Positions 15,068 through 25,332 of a stretch of DNA of 64,000 nt are shown one piece after another; the first letter of the stretch is position 1, and each line of letters opens with the position of its first letter. Position numbers and translations under genes: made by a program. Location of the stretch: positions 3,712,001 through 3,776,000 of the forward strand of contig OZ242008.1 of assembly GCA_965204735.1 (NCBI GenBank). Direction: 5' to 3'. This DNA is from Longimicrobiales bacterium. GTDB taxonomy: Bacteria > Gemmatimonadota > Gemmatimonadetes > Longimicrobiales > Gaopeijiaceae. The notes under the pieces were generated by a model. The model was not told the DNA's origin. It searched no databases and saw nothing but the letters and a program-made list of their open reading frames with translations.

Positions 15068-15690
15068 GTGGTCTCGGCGGCAGGCGGGTTTTTATCTCAG
15101 CGAGTCTTCCTGTTGGATCGCGAGGAGAAAAAGTGAACCCGTACGACGCGCCCGCGATAATTGACGCCGTTGCGGCCATTAGCCGGGTTGTGTTGCGACG
15201 TGGCGGACGGCTCGTGTCAGGTGGTCACCCGACGATTACCCCGATCATGCTAACCGTGTGTGAGCAGATCGGCGTACGAGGAGCGATTGACATCTTTCAG
15301 TCGCGGTGGTTCGAAGATCGCATTTCCGAGGAGACGGAAGAGCTGGTAAAGCTGGGCGTGGGCCGTGTTCACTTTGTCGAAAAGGAGGAAACAATGGAGG
15401 CGAGCTTGTCGGCCATGCGGCGAGAGATGCTCAAGACGTGCCCAATGGCTGCCGTCTTTGTCGGAGGCATGGATGGGATCGTCAAGGAACATGAGATGGT
15501 TGGGCGGTTCCTACCGGGGGTACCAAGGATCCCCGTCAGAGGTCCGGGCGGGGCATCGGCGAGATTGCCAACGAAAGATGCACATCTGCCGTCGGAGATC
15601 ACGGACTTGCTTGATTCGCGGCAATACCCCTTTTTGGCTTCTGTACTCGTCCAGGCGTTGGAGCGCAAATGTGTGGGCATCGTGCCGTGA
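15064..15690 (+). CDS. SLOG-superfamily protein (LD_cluster3-like)
   Basis: VFISASLP; GGRLVSGGHPTITP; SLSAMRREM; AAVFVGGMDGIVKE; PGGAS. Confidence 0.78.
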   Translation: MSGLGGRRVFISASLPVGSRGEKVNPYDAPAIIDAVAAISRVVLRRGGRLVSGGHPTITPIMLTVCEQIGVRGAIDIFQSRWFEDRISEETEELVKLGVGRVHFVEKEETMEASLSAMRREMLKTCPMAAVFVGGMDGIVKEHEMVGRFLPGVPRIPVRGPGGASARLPTKDAHLPSEITDLLDSRQYPFLASVLVQALERKCVGIVP

Positions 15691-15739
15691 TCTTGTGGCG
15701 ATAGTCCAGCGACAGATCCAGAATGCGCGGAACGGCCCC

Positions 15740-16504
15740 CTACGCCGCGAGGCTCTCAACCGCGTCTTCACGGGACGACCAGGGGATCGTCCGCACACCG
15801 TAGCTGTCGAGCGCCTTGTCCACGGACCGTGGCACCGAGCCGTCCGCGTCGTTGAGGATGGCGTAGGCGACCGCGTTGGGGTTGCGGACTTCCTTGGTGT
15901 CTAGCCACGCAAAGGCCATGGTTTGCGCCGTGTTTCGGTCGGGCCGGTTGATCGATCTGCACACGCGCTCGGGCTGATCCGGCGATCTCGGAATGACGAA
16001 GTCGAACTTGTGGTCGTAGCCGCTCTTGCCGGCGAACTTGACGTTAGGCGTGTATCTGACGCTAGAAGTGTCAAGCCAAGTGACCACATCTTCGTGAAAC
16101 AGACTCCCGACCGTCGGCGACGCCAAGTAGAACATGTCCGAAACAGCGAGCATGGCTTGAAGGAGGCTGTGCTTGCGCAGTCCGAAGTCCTTGGGCGAGG
16201 CCTCCACTTGCAGGTTGCCCGCAACTTCCTGGACTCCGAAGCCGTTGAGAGCTTCCTGCAGCAACAAGAGACGTTTGCCGCTGGTCGCTTCAACACCGGC
16301 CTGCGCCAAGTCGTCGAGCACGTAGCCGTCGTCCGTAAGGATGAATCGTTCTCCGTGCTTGCCAGCATACAGCTGAAAGCAGTCGTTGTGACGATCCAGG
16401 TAGGGAGTCGTGATCTCGACGTAGTCGCCGACCTCTCGGATTGTCGTCTGCTCCTGCAACCAGTTCCAGTACTGGTCCAAGAGGCGTTGGACTTCGGCAA
16501 TCAT
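15740..16504 (-). CDS. DUF1828/DUF1829 protein
   Basis: YWNWL, EITTPYLDRHND, LTDDG, GKSGYDHKFDFVIP, AWLDT, IPWS. Confidence 0.85.
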   Translation of the reverse strand: MIAEVQRLLDQYWNWLQEQTTIREVGDYVEITTPYLDRHNDCFQLYAGKHGERFILTDDGYVLDDLAQAGVEATSGKRLLLLQEALNGFGVQEVAGNLQVEASPKDFGLRKHSLLQAMLAVSDMFYLASPTVGSLFHEDVVTWLDTSSVRYTPNVKFAGKSGYDHKFDFVIPRSPDQPERVCRSINRPDRNTAQTMAFAWLDTKEVRNPNAVAYAILNDADGSVPRSVDKALDSYGVRTIPWSSREDAVESLAA

Positions 16505-16956
16505 ATCGGCTCCAGGCCCCGTTCGATGATCGGGTGGTCCACGATGTTGCAGAAGCCCATAAAATCCTTCAGCATGATCCACGGATCCGCAGTAGTCGTC
16601 GAAAAGTTATCGGACGGCACCTCGAAAGCCCATCTGTCTCCGTAGCCCTCTTGGTATAGATGAAGATGGGGTGACGCAACGCGCTGGCCATCCGGGTTGC
16701 GGTGCGGCCTTGCGCCAAAGTCGAGCCGTGCAAGGACGACAGCCTTGCGAGCGCGGTTCTGGTAACTGCCCTTCGACATGTCGATTCTGTTTCGCGTGAC
16801 GTCAAGCCAGAACTTCTCGCGCTTGTCCGTGCTCGTCAACGGAATCACGATCCGCCCGCCGAGGCTTGGGTAGCTCCATGCCTTGGCATCCACGCGACAC
16901 TTGGGAGTGGCCAGCAGTTGGTTGGCTTCCGCTTGGGCTATCGAGTTCGCGGTCAT
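16501..16956 (-). CDS. DUF6978 family protein
   Basis: LARLDF..RPHRNPDG...PHLHLYQEGYGDRWA; ATGA overlap with the DUF1828/1829 gene. Confidence 0.8.
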   Translation of the reverse strand: MTANSIAQAEANQLLATPKCRVDAKAWSYPSLGGRIVIPLTSTDKREKFWLDVTRNRIDMSKGSYQNRARKAVVLARLDFGARPHRNPDGQRVASPHLHLYQEGYGDRWAFEVPSDNFSTTTADPWIMLKDFMGFCNIVDHPIIERGLEPI

Positions 16957-17218
16957 AGCAATCCAATCAGGTCCAGAAAGTCGGTTTCGCTCCGTCTGGG
17001 ACGGCGGGGCATCAGTCAGCAAGGTTGGAACCGAATCCCGGCCTCTGTCAAGGCCAAGGGGGCCGACTGGTCCACTTTCCATGGACCGCACTTCCATACG
17101 CGCTTCGGACCCACGACGAGGCTGGCCGATGGCGGCAGTGACCATTATGTTGATCAATTGTGTGCGACCGAACTCCGAACCGTGCCGGGTAAGAGACCCC
17201 CGCGACCCCGCACCCCCA

Positions 17219-20200
17219 TTGCCCACCGATACCACCGAACGCGGCCTGGAACGCCTGATCTGCGCGGCCATGACGGGCTCGCCCTGCGACCCAAGGACCG
17301 GCCCCGGCGACGACAGCGCCGGCGGAACCGCCCGGGACGGTACCACATCCCCCTCCCAGGCCCGCGAGCCCCGCTCCGCCTACGACGCCGGCGCACCCAG
17401 CGGCCACTCCCAAGGCTCCGGTTGGACCTGCGGCGACCCTCGCGACTACGACCGCGAGCACTGCGTGGACATGGCCCAACTCGCGGCCTTTCTGTCCGAC
17501 ACGCAGCCCGAGACCGCCGAGGCGCTGGACTTGGCCGCGAACAGCCCGACCCGCCGCAAGTTCCTAGCCCGCCTCCAGGGCCAGATCAGCAAGCGCGGCA
17601 TCATCGACGTGCTCCGCCGCGGCGTCAAGCACGGACCCCGCGAGATCAGCCTCTTCTACGGCACTCCGTCCCCCGGCAACGAAGCGGCCAAGGCGCGCTA
17701 CGACGCCAACCGCTTCACGGTCACGCGGCAGCTGCGCTACAGCCGGGAACAAGCAGGGCTGGCTCTGGACTTGGCGCTGTTCGTCAACGGGCTGCCGATG
17801 GCCACCTTCGAGCTCAAGAACCGCCTGACCAAGCAGACGGTGCACGACGCGGTGCGTCAGTATGCGCGCGACCGCAGTCCCGGCGAGCGGCTGTTCGAGC
17901 TTGGCCGGTGCGCAGTCCACTTTGCGGTGGACGAGCAGCGCGTACGGTTCTGCACCCACCTGCGCGGCAAGGATTCATGGTTCCTGCCCTTCGACCGGGG
18001 CCACGACCGCGGCGCGGGCAATCCTCCGAACCCCGCCGGCCTTCGCACCGCGTACCTGTGGGAGGAGGTGCTGTCCCGCGACAGCTTGGTCGGCATCATC
18101 GAGAACTACGCGCAGGCGCTGGCCGAGAAGGACCCCAAGACGGGACGCCGCCGCAAGACGCAGATCTGGCCCCGATACCACCAGTTGGACGTGGTGCGCA
18201 AGCTGCTGGACGACGCTTGCCACCACGGTGCCGGACAGCGCTATCTGATCCAGCACTCGGCGGGCAGCGGCAAGTCCAACTCCATTGCCTGGCTGGCCCA
18301 CCAGCTGATCGGCTTGGCCAAGCACGGCGAACCCGTCTTCGATTCGGTCGTTGTCGTCACCGACCGACGCATACTGGACCGGCAGATCCGCAACACGATC
18401 AAGCAGTTCGCGCAGGTTGGGGCGACTGTCGGCCACGCCACGCGCTCCCGCGACCTGCGCCGGTTCATCGAGGGTGGCAAGAAGATCGTCGTCTCCACGG
18501 TGCAGAAGTTCCCGTTCATCCTGGACGAGATTCAGGCGCAACAGGCCAGCCGCACCTTCGCCATCGTCATTGACGAGGCGCACTCCAGCCAGGGAGGCCG
18601 ACAGTCGAGGGCCATGTCGCAGGCGCTTTCGGGCTCGGGAAGCGTGGGCGGCGCAATGGCCGAACGGGACGACGACTCCGATGCCGACGGGGACGCCGAC
18701 GCCCACGAGGATGCCCACAACGCCGCGGACGCCGACACAGAGACGGACACGCTCGAAGACCGGATCAACCGCATCGTCGAATCCCGCCGAATGCTGTCCA
18801 ACGCGAGCTACTTCGCGTTCACGGCGACGCCCAAGAACAAGACGCTCGAACTCTTCGGCACGCCCGTGCCGCAACCCGGCGACGATGCCCCGAAGCGTAG
18901 GCCGTTCCACGCCTACACCATGAAGCAGGCGGTCCAGGAGGGCTTCATTCTGGACGTGCTGCAACACTACACGCCCGTGCGCAGCTACTACCGGCTGGTC
19001 AAGCGCGTGGAGGACGATCCCCTCTTCGACGCCAAGCGCGCGGCGAAGAAGCTGCGGCGGTACGTCGAGGACCACGACCACGCGATCCGCTTGAAGGCGG
19101 AGATCATGGCGGACCACTTCCACAACCAAGTGCTGGCGAAGCGCAAGATCGGCGGCCGGGCAAGGGCGATGGTGGTGGCCAGCAGCGTCCGGCGCGCCCT
19201 GCAGTACTATGATACCATGCAAGCCTACCTCTCCACGCGGAAGAGAGGATACCGTGCGCTTGTGGCGTTCTCCGGCGAGCGAGAGCACGGTGGCGCGACC
19301 GTCTCCGAGGCGTCGCTGAACGGGTTCCCCGAGTCCCAGACCGCCGACAAGTTTCGCGAGGAGCCGTACCGCATCCTGGTGTGCGCCGACAAGTTTCAGA
19401 CCGGCTACGACGAGCCGCTGCTGCACACCATGTACGTGGACAAGCCGTTGTCGGGCGTGCGCGCGGTGCAGACGTTGTCGCGCCTGAACCGGGCCTGTCC
19501 TGGAAAGCACGACGTGGCGGTGCTGGACTTCGCGAACGACGAGGACGCGATCAAGGCGGCGTTCGAGCCGTACTACCGGACGACGATCCTCTCGGGCGAG
19601 ACCGACCCCGACAGGCTCCACGATCTGCAGAGCGCCCTGGACGCTCGCCAAGTCTACGACCCGTCCAGCGTGGACGAGTTCGTGGAGCTGTATCTGGGCG
19701 ACGCGGGCCGCGGGCGGCTCGACCCGATCCTGGACGCCGCCGTCGACGTGTACGTGAACGACTTGGACGAGGACGGCCAAGTGGAGTTCAAGGGCAAGGC
19801 CAAGGCGTTCCTGCGCACCTACGACTTCCTGTCGTCGATCCTGCCGTACCCGTACGCGCCTTGGGAGAAGCGGTCGATCTTCCTCCACTTCCTGGTTCCC
19901 AGGTTGCCGGCGCCGAGGGAAGAGGACCTGTCGCGGGGCGTTCTCGAAGCGATCGACATGGACAGCTACCGGGTCGAGAAGCAGGCAGTGCGGGCGATCC
20001 GGATGAGCGAAGAGGAAGACGAGGTCGATCCGGTGCCCGTGGACGGCGGAGGCCATGCCCGAGAACCGGAGCTGGACGTGCTGTCGGCGATCATCGCCCA
20101 CTTCAACGACCGGTGGGGCGGAGACGGCCAGTGGCGCGACGAAGACCGGGTGCGCCGCTTGATCACCGAAGACCTGCCTTCCGCGGTCAAGGCCGACGAG

Positions 20201-20389
20201 TCCTTTCGCAACGCGCAAGAGCACTCCGACGGCCAGAACGTGCGGATCGAGCACGACAAGGCGTTGAAGCGCGCCGTCAACGGAACGATCGAAGACGACA
20301 TGCAGTTCTTCAAGCGCTTCTCCGACGACGAGTCCTTCAAGCGCTGGGTGGCGGAAAGCATCTTCCGGTTGGTGTCGTCGTCGGGCTGA
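17219..20389 (+). CDS. hsdR: Type I RM restriction subunit HsdR
   Basis: TTG start (PTDTTERGLE); nuclease motif DLALFVNG..ELKN; QHSAGSGKS; DEAH; FTATP; KFQTGYDEP; QTLSRLNR. Confidence 0.93.
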   Translation: MPTDTTERGLERLICAAMTGSPCDPRTGPGDDSAGGTARDGTTSPSQAREPRSAYDAGAPSGHSQGSGWTCGDPRDYDREHCVDMAQLAAFLSDTQPETAEALDLAANSPTRRKFLARLQGQISKRGIIDVLRRGVKHGPREISLFYGTPSPGNEAAKARYDANRFTVTRQLRYSREQAGLALDLALFVNGLPMATFELKNRLTKQTVHDAVRQYARDRSPGERLFELGRCAVHFAVDEQRVRFCTHLRGKDSWFLPFDRGHDRGAGNPPNPAGLRTAYLWEEVLSRDSLVGIIENYAQALAEKDPKTGRRRKTQIWPRYHQLDVVRKLLDDACHHGAGQRYLIQHSAGSGKSNSIAWLAHQLIGLAKHGEPVFDSVVVVTDRRILDRQIRNTIKQFAQVGATVGHATRSRDLRRFIEGGKKIVVSTVQKFPFILDEIQAQQASRTFAIVIDEAHSSQGGRQSRAMSQALSGSGSVGGAMAERDDDSDADGDADAHEDAHNAADADTETDTLEDRINRIVESRRMLSNASYFAFTATPKNKTLELFGTPVPQPGDDAPKRRPFHAYTMKQAVQEGFILDVLQHYTPVRSYYRLVKRVEDDPLFDAKRAAKKLRRYVEDHDHAIRLKAEIMADHFHNQVLAKRKIGGRARAMVVASSVRRALQYYDTMQAYLSTRKRGYRALVAFSGEREHGGATVSEASLNGFPESQTADKFREEPYRILVCADKFQTGYDEPLLHTMYVDKPLSGVRAVQTLSRLNRACPGKHDVAVLDFANDEDAIKAAFEPYYRTTILSGETDPDRLHDLQSALDARQVYDPSSVDEFVELYLGDAGRGRLDPILDAAVDVYVNDLDEDGQVEFKGKAKAFLRTYDFLSSILPYPYAPWEKRSIFLHFLVPRLPAPREEDLSRGVLEAIDMDSYRVEKQAVRAIRMSEEEDEVDPVPVDGGGHAREPELDVLSAIIAHFNDRWGGDGQWRDEDRVRRLITEDLPSAVKADESFRNAQEHSDGQNVRIEHDKALKRAVNGTIEDDMQFFKRFSDDESFKRWVAESIFRLVSSSG

Positions 20390-20430
20390 CCGGTCTTTAT
20401 CCGGCGGGCCGTACTGGCTTCACGCCCCCC

Positions 20431-20877
20431 CTACTCCACCAAGTCGCCCAGAAGGAAGAGGTCGGTGAGCAGGGCGCGCATGTGGATCGACGCGTTGAGG
20501 TTGTCGATCAGCTGGGAGGATACGGTCGGCTGGGCCAGCGCCAGCCGAACGAAAGCGCGGGCGGCGGTCGCGTCTTGGTCCAGAACGGCGATGGCGTGCT
20601 CGTGGTCGGCGGCGTTGCGCAAGCTTGTGCGAAACCCGTCCGCCAGTCCCGTCAGCGCTTCGTCGCATCGGCGCAAGTACTCTCGGACCCGACCGCCCGG
20701 GGCGAGATGGTCGTCGGAGCCTTCTGCACCGACGGGCGAGCCGCCGTCAGCAACATCGCCGGACAGCCCCTGGGCGGCGTAGGCCAGGAAGAACTCGTAA
20801 GCCTCTTCGATCAGGTCTACGCGGGCCTTGAGGTCGCTAGGGGTCATGGCCTCCAGGGCCCAGGGGTCCATCGGCAT
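20431..20877 (-). CDS. small helical hypothetical protein (start uncertain)
   Basis: EEAYEFFLAYAAQG...SSQLIDNLNASIHMRALLTDLFL; co-directional with the Mo-enzyme operon. Confidence 0.7.
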   Translation of the reverse strand: MPMDPWALEAMTPSDLKARVDLIEEAYEFFLAYAAQGLSGDVADGGSPVGAEGSDDHLAPGGRVREYLRRCDEALTGLADGFRTSLRNAADHEHAIAVLDQDATAARAFVRLALAQPTVSSQLIDNLNASIHMRALLTDLFLLGDLVE

Positions 20878-21715
20878 CCAGGGCCGGCCTTCCGCCCCGC
20901 ATCGCGCCGGCGTCCGGCTGCACCACCCATCGCTTGGGGTCGTGGTTCTGCAAGTACTTCTCGCGGGTGATCCGGCCGTGGATCATCGACCAGGTCATCC
21001 AGCTCTTTTCGGGGCGGAGCGCAAAGTAGACGTGGGCGATCACCAGGAAGATCAAGCCGACGCCGCACAGGCCGTGGACGACGTAGATCACGCCCCACGC
21101 CGCGTCGCCGAAGATGTACGGGTTCTGCTCCCAGAGCACGTGGTCGATCCGGAACATCATGAGCACGCCGGTGACGACGGCGCCCACGGTCACGACCCCG
21201 GCCACGTGGTGGAACATCTTCTGGTCGGCAGGATACTTGCCCGGCCGAGGCGGCTCGGCGTCGGTCGCGCGCACCGCCTTCTTCAGCGCCAGCTTGCCCT
21301 CCGCGACGTCCTTGCGGCCCACCAGCATGGTGCGGAAGTCCTGCTTGGCAAAGACGTGCCAGACGTGGTACAGCACCGTCAGGATCAGGCCGAAGCCCGC
21401 GATCCAGTGGATCGTCACCCATGGGAACTGAACGCCCAGCAGCGGGAAGAACGCCGTGACCAGCAGCACGAACATGGCCACGGTCATCGACCAGTGGAAC
21501 GCCCGGGCGCCGGCGGTGTGACGAAGGAGCGTGTCGGGAAGGCCACGCGCCTCGGCCGGGTCCACCGCCGCGGCGCCGGTCTTCTTGGGAACCATGAGCG
21601 CGTGGCCGATCACGAACAGCGCGCCGACCGCGACCGCCGCCCAGATCAGGTCCCACGAGACGCCGACGAGAACGTCTTCGCCCCAGGGGTTGAGGGCGCG
21701 TCGAAGGAAGTCCAT
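20837..21715 (-). CDS. cytochrome b (formate dehydrogenase gamma/HyaC-like) membrane subunit
   Basis: TM helices carrying heme-type His residues (RAFHW, TIHW, VVHG, IAHVY); PGKYPADQK. Confidence 0.82.
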   Translation of the reverse strand: MDFLRRALNPWGEDVLVGVSWDLIWAAVAVGALFVIGHALMVPKKTGAAAVDPAEARGLPDTLLRHTAGARAFHWSMTVAMFVLLVTAFFPLLGVQFPWVTIHWIAGFGLILTVLYHVWHVFAKQDFRTMLVGRKDVAEGKLALKKAVRATDAEPPRPGKYPADQKMFHHVAGVVTVGAVVTGVLMMFRIDHVLWEQNPYIFGDAAWGVIYVVHGLCGVGLIFLVIAHVYFALRPEKSWMTWSMIHGRITREKYLQNHDPKRWVVQPDAGAMRGGRPALDADGPLGPGGHDP

Positions 21716-21857
21716 TGCCTACCTCCGCTGGCTGGGGACGACGGCGTGCCAGCCGCAGGCGTGCCGGCCGAAGACCCGGGAGCGCCGGCCGAAGGCGTGG
21801 GCGCCGAGGCCGGGGCTGATCAGGCGCGGGCGTGCGGATTGCGCGCGGACCCGACCA

Positions 21858-22859
21858 CTACGCCGCATCTCGCACCGACCGCTTCACCAGGTTTCGCATG
21901 AGGGCGATCTTGTAGTCGTTGTGGCGCAGCGCGCGGGCGCCCTCGACGGCGGCCTCGCCGGCGATCTGGCCGGTCTCGTCGTCGGGCGCACGGCCCCGGG
22001 CGACCCTCTCGGCGGCGTCGGAGCGCACGGGGTACGGCGCCACACCGTTCACCACGATCCGCGCGTCCCGCACCACGCCGCCGTCCACATGCAGCACCGA
22101 CGCGACGCTGGCCAGGGAAAAGTCCCACGACTTCCGGTCTCGGATCTTCTCGAAGTACCAGCGGGCGTCGGGCCGGGGGGCCGGGAGCCGGATCCGGGTC
22201 AGCAGGTCGCCGGGCTCCAGGACGGTCATGCGCATGATGTCGATCGCCGGGCCGATGAAGAACTCCCGGGCGGCGTAGCTCCGCTCGCCGGAGGCGTTGG
22301 CCACCGTCATCTCCGCATCCAAGGCGACGAGCGCGGGCGCGGTGTCCGACGGGTTCACCGCCACGCAGCGGCTGGCGCCCACGATGCAGTGCTCCCGGTT
22401 CATGGAGCGGGGCGTGGCGGCGTAGCAGATGTTTCCGCCGGCCCGGTAGCAGGGCCAGCCGCTACGGTAGTACCAGCAGCGGGTGTCCTGGGCGATGTTG
22501 CCGCCCAGCGTGCCCTGGTTCCTGATCTGGGGAGTCGCCACGAGGCCGGCGGCCCTGGCGAGCAGCGGGTAGCGGCTTGCCACGGCGTCGTTCTCGGCCA
22601 CCTCGGTGAGGCTGGTCATGGCCCCGATCTCCAGGCCACCGTCGTCGGCCTCCGAGATGCCCCGGAGCTCGGCCACGCCGCCCAGGTCGATCACGGCCTC
22701 GGGCCGCTTGATCCGGTCCTTGAACCAGTCGAAGGTGTCGAGCCCGCCCGCCAGCGCCCAGCCCTGGTCGCCGTGCTCGCCCATGAGGCGAACGGCGTCT
22801 TCCACGCCCGACGGCTGGTAGAGCTCGAAGGGCGGGATCATGTCGCGAATGACTGCCAC
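21858..22859 (-). CDS. Mo-hydroxylase FAD subunit (PaoB/YagS-like, with 4Fe-4S insert)
   Basis: LAGG, QIRNQGTLGGN, RCWYYR..PC...C, NPSDTAPAL. Confidence 0.88.
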   Translation of the reverse strand: MAVIRDMIPPFELYQPSGVEDAVRLMGEHGDQGWALAGGLDTFDWFKDRIKRPEAVIDLGGVAELRGISEADDGGLEIGAMTSLTEVAENDAVASRYPLLARAAGLVATPQIRNQGTLGGNIAQDTRCWYYRSGWPCYRAGGNICYAATPRSMNREHCIVGASRCVAVNPSDTAPALVALDAEMTVANASGERSYAAREFFIGPAIDIMRMTVLEPGDLLTRIRLPAPRPDARWYFEKIRDRKSWDFSLASVASVLHVDGGVVRDARIVVNGVAPYPVRSDAAERVARGRAPDDETGQIAGEAAVEGARALRHNDYKIALMRNLVKRSVRDAA

Positions 22860-22919
22860 TTGTCGATCTCCCTTGTTGTGAAGGTCCGCAGGGGACCCGG
22901 AGGCGCGTCCGTCTTGGCG

Positions 22920-25313
22920 TCAGACGTGCGTGTCCAGCAGTCCGTAGGGACGGGGCCGGCCTTCCAGCTCCGCCAGGATCATGTCCGACGTGAGGGGCGT
23001 CCGGCAGAGACAGCGTCCGCCCATGGCGTCGGCCACCGCGCACGCGTACGCCGCCTCGCCCGCGCCCACCGGAGGCTCGCCGATCCCCTTGGAGCCCACC
23101 GGCGTCTGGGGGTCCGGCAGGTCCACCGCGGCGAAGCGCGGGCTTCTGGGAACGTCGAGCATTCCCGGCGGGCGCGCGGTGTAGAAGCGCTTGGTGAAGG
23201 GGATGCCCCACTTGGGGTCGAACACCCAGCGCTGGCTCTTCGCCATTCCGATCCCCTGGATGACGCCGCCGTTGGTCTGGGCCGCCAAGCTGCGTGCATG
23301 GAGGACGGTTCCGCACTCGGCGGACGACGCCAGGTCCACAATCTCCACCTCGCCGGTCTCCTCGTCCAGCTCCACTTGGCAGAAGGAGACCACCCAGGAG
23401 AAGACGGCGCCGTCGCGGGGGTAGTTGTCCTTGGCCGCCGCGATCAGTCCTTCGCCGGCCAAGCCCTGGACCGCCGCCTTGGTGGCGTCGTTCAGGTCGT
23501 CCGGGTACTCCTCGCCGCTGAACTTGCCCCCCAGGGCCACCGCGCGGCGGGCCGCCTGGGCGAAGTCCATTCCGACGGAGCGGTTGCCGGCCCGGAAGAC
23601 CCGGCCGTCGGCCACCCGGTAGCTGCTCGGCGATCCGCCCAGCTCCCGGGCCGCCAGCTCCTGGAGCAGCCCCACCAGGGCCTCCGCCGCGGCGTGGTTG
23701 GCTCGGGTGTGGGCGAACGTCGTCTGGCTGCCGGCCTGGACGGTGCTGTGGGGCAGGTGCTTGCGGCTGTCGCCCCACACGATCTCCACCTGGTCCCAGG
23801 CGAGGTCCAGCGCCTTGGCCGCCGCCCGGGCCGTGTCGGCGATCGAGTGGGTGCCCAGGTTCCCGATTCCCTGGTGGACGTGGAGCTTGCCGTCGTCGCG
23901 GACGACCAGCAGTCCGTCCCTGCCGGAGCTTCCGGCGGTGAAGGGACTCAGCCCGATCCCCACGCCCGTGAGCTTCGTTCCTTCCCGCCGCCCGGAGAGC
24001 CGCCGCTTCTCTTCCCAGTCGAAGAGCTCGCCTCCCAGCTCCAGCGCCTCTCGAACCCGCGCGCTGGTGAACCGCCCCTGGTTGGGACCCAGCCATCCGT
24101 CCGCGTCGGCGGCGTTGACCTTGCGGATCTCCAGCCGGTCCACGTCGAGCTCCCGGGCCGCCTTGTCCACCAGCGGCTCCAGCATGGCCACGATCTGCGC
24201 GCCCCCCGGCGCCCGCTGGGCCGACCGCGGCGGCGTGTTGGTGTACACCGGCACCCCGCGGAAGCGCATGTTCTCGGGCTGGTACGACGCGGTGGCCACC
24301 ACGCCGGCGGTGGCGAAGTCGCTGGCACCGTAGGGTCCGCTGTCCTGCACCAAGTAGAGGTCCAGCGCCGTCATGCGTCCGTCGCCGCGGAAGCCGATCT
24401 TGGCCCAGCCCTGGAAGCCGGCCCTGGCCCGCCCGATGTAGTTCTCTTCGTAGCGGGTGATCCGAAGCATGACCGGCCGCCCGATCTTGCGGGACAGGAC
24501 CGCGGGCACGGTCATGATCGGCGCGCCGGCGATCTTGCTGCCGAAGCCTCCGCCGCAGTACTCGGCCACGAGCACCACGTCTTCCGCGTCGAGCTCCATC
24601 ATCCGGGCGACGGCGTTTCGGGCCTGCTGCGTGCTCTGGGTGGAGCCGTGCAGGAAGAGCTTCCCGTTCTGCCAGTACGCCATGCAGCTGCGGGGCTCCA
24701 TCGGGTGGTGGGTGACCGACTGGTGGACGATCGTCTCCTCGACGACCACGGCCGCCTCGGCGAACCCCGCCTCCACGTCGCCCACGGCCCACTCGACGGC
24801 GGGCTCGCCCATCGGCAGCCGGTCCTCTCCGGCCTCGTCGAAGACGGCGTCGGGCCACTTGAAGCTGACCACCTCGCGGTCCTTGACGACGTTGCCGTCG
24901 AGTCGCGCGTCGGGTCCGCCCTCGCGCAGGCTCTCCAGCGGGTCCAGGACGAAGGGGAGCTGCTCCAGGTCCACCTTGACCGCCTCCACCGCCGCCGCAG
25001 CCGTGGTCTCGTCCACCGCCGCCACGGCCAGGATCGGCTCGCCCTCGTACTTGGGCTCGTCGGTGAGGGCCCGCTCGCGGGGGCCCGGCTCGCCCGGCAG
25101 GTCGGACGCCCGGACGATCCCCAGCACCCCTTCCATCGCCTCCGCCGCCCGCGTGTCCACCCGACGCACCCGAGCGTGGGGCATGGGGCTGAGCAGCAGC
25201 TTGGCGAAGACCATTCCCTCGGCCCGGAAGTCCTCTGCGTAGCGCGCCCGACCGGTGATCTTGGCCCGCAGGTCCGGCGGAGCGATGTCGGCGCCGATCA
25301 CGTTTTCTGCCAT
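22920..25313 (-). CDS. Mo-hydroxylase molybdopterin-binding subunit (xanthine oxidase family)
   Basis: KITGRARY, HHPMEP, GGGFGSK, QRAPG, KGIGEPP. Confidence 0.9.
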   Translation of the reverse strand: MAENVIGADIAPPDLRAKITGRARYAEDFRAEGMVFAKLLLSPMPHARVRRVDTRAAEAMEGVLGIVRASDLPGEPGPRERALTDEPKYEGEPILAVAAVDETTAAAAVEAVKVDLEQLPFVLDPLESLREGGPDARLDGNVVKDREVVSFKWPDAVFDEAGEDRLPMGEPAVEWAVGDVEAGFAEAAVVVEETIVHQSVTHHPMEPRSCMAYWQNGKLFLHGSTQSTQQARNAVARMMELDAEDVVLVAEYCGGGFGSKIAGAPIMTVPAVLSRKIGRPVMLRITRYEENYIGRARAGFQGWAKIGFRGDGRMTALDLYLVQDSGPYGASDFATAGVVATASYQPENMRFRGVPVYTNTPPRSAQRAPGGAQIVAMLEPLVDKAARELDVDRLEIRKVNAADADGWLGPNQGRFTSARVREALELGGELFDWEEKRRLSGRREGTKLTGVGIGLSPFTAGSSGRDGLLVVRDDGKLHVHQGIGNLGTHSIADTARAAAKALDLAWDQVEIVWGDSRKHLPHSTVQAGSQTTFAHTRANHAAAEALVGLLQELAARELGGSPSSYRVADGRVFRAGNRSVGMDFAQAARRAVALGGKFSGEEYPDDLNDATKAAVQGLAGEGLIAAAKDNYPRDGAVFSWVVSFCQVELDEETGEVEIVDLASSAECGTVLHARSLAAQTNGGVIQGIGMAKSQRWVFDPKWGIPFTKRFYTARPPGMLDVPRSPRFAAVDLPDPQTPVGSKGIGEPPVGAGEAAYACAVADAMGGRCLCRTPLTSDMILAELEGRPRPYGLLDTHV

Positions 25314-25332
25314 TCGTCGCGTCTCCTTTCCC

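Noticed and set aside
18655..18760. Acidic tract in HsdR as a DNA mimic
   Set aside because: It follows the DEAH motif, where acidic linkers are common in this family; no further support
17975..20254. Long antisense ORFs (also 1970-3880, 21531-25487, 27472-30288, 51854-55558)
   Set aside because: Shadow frames of well-supported genes in GC-rich DNA, with no recognisable motifs
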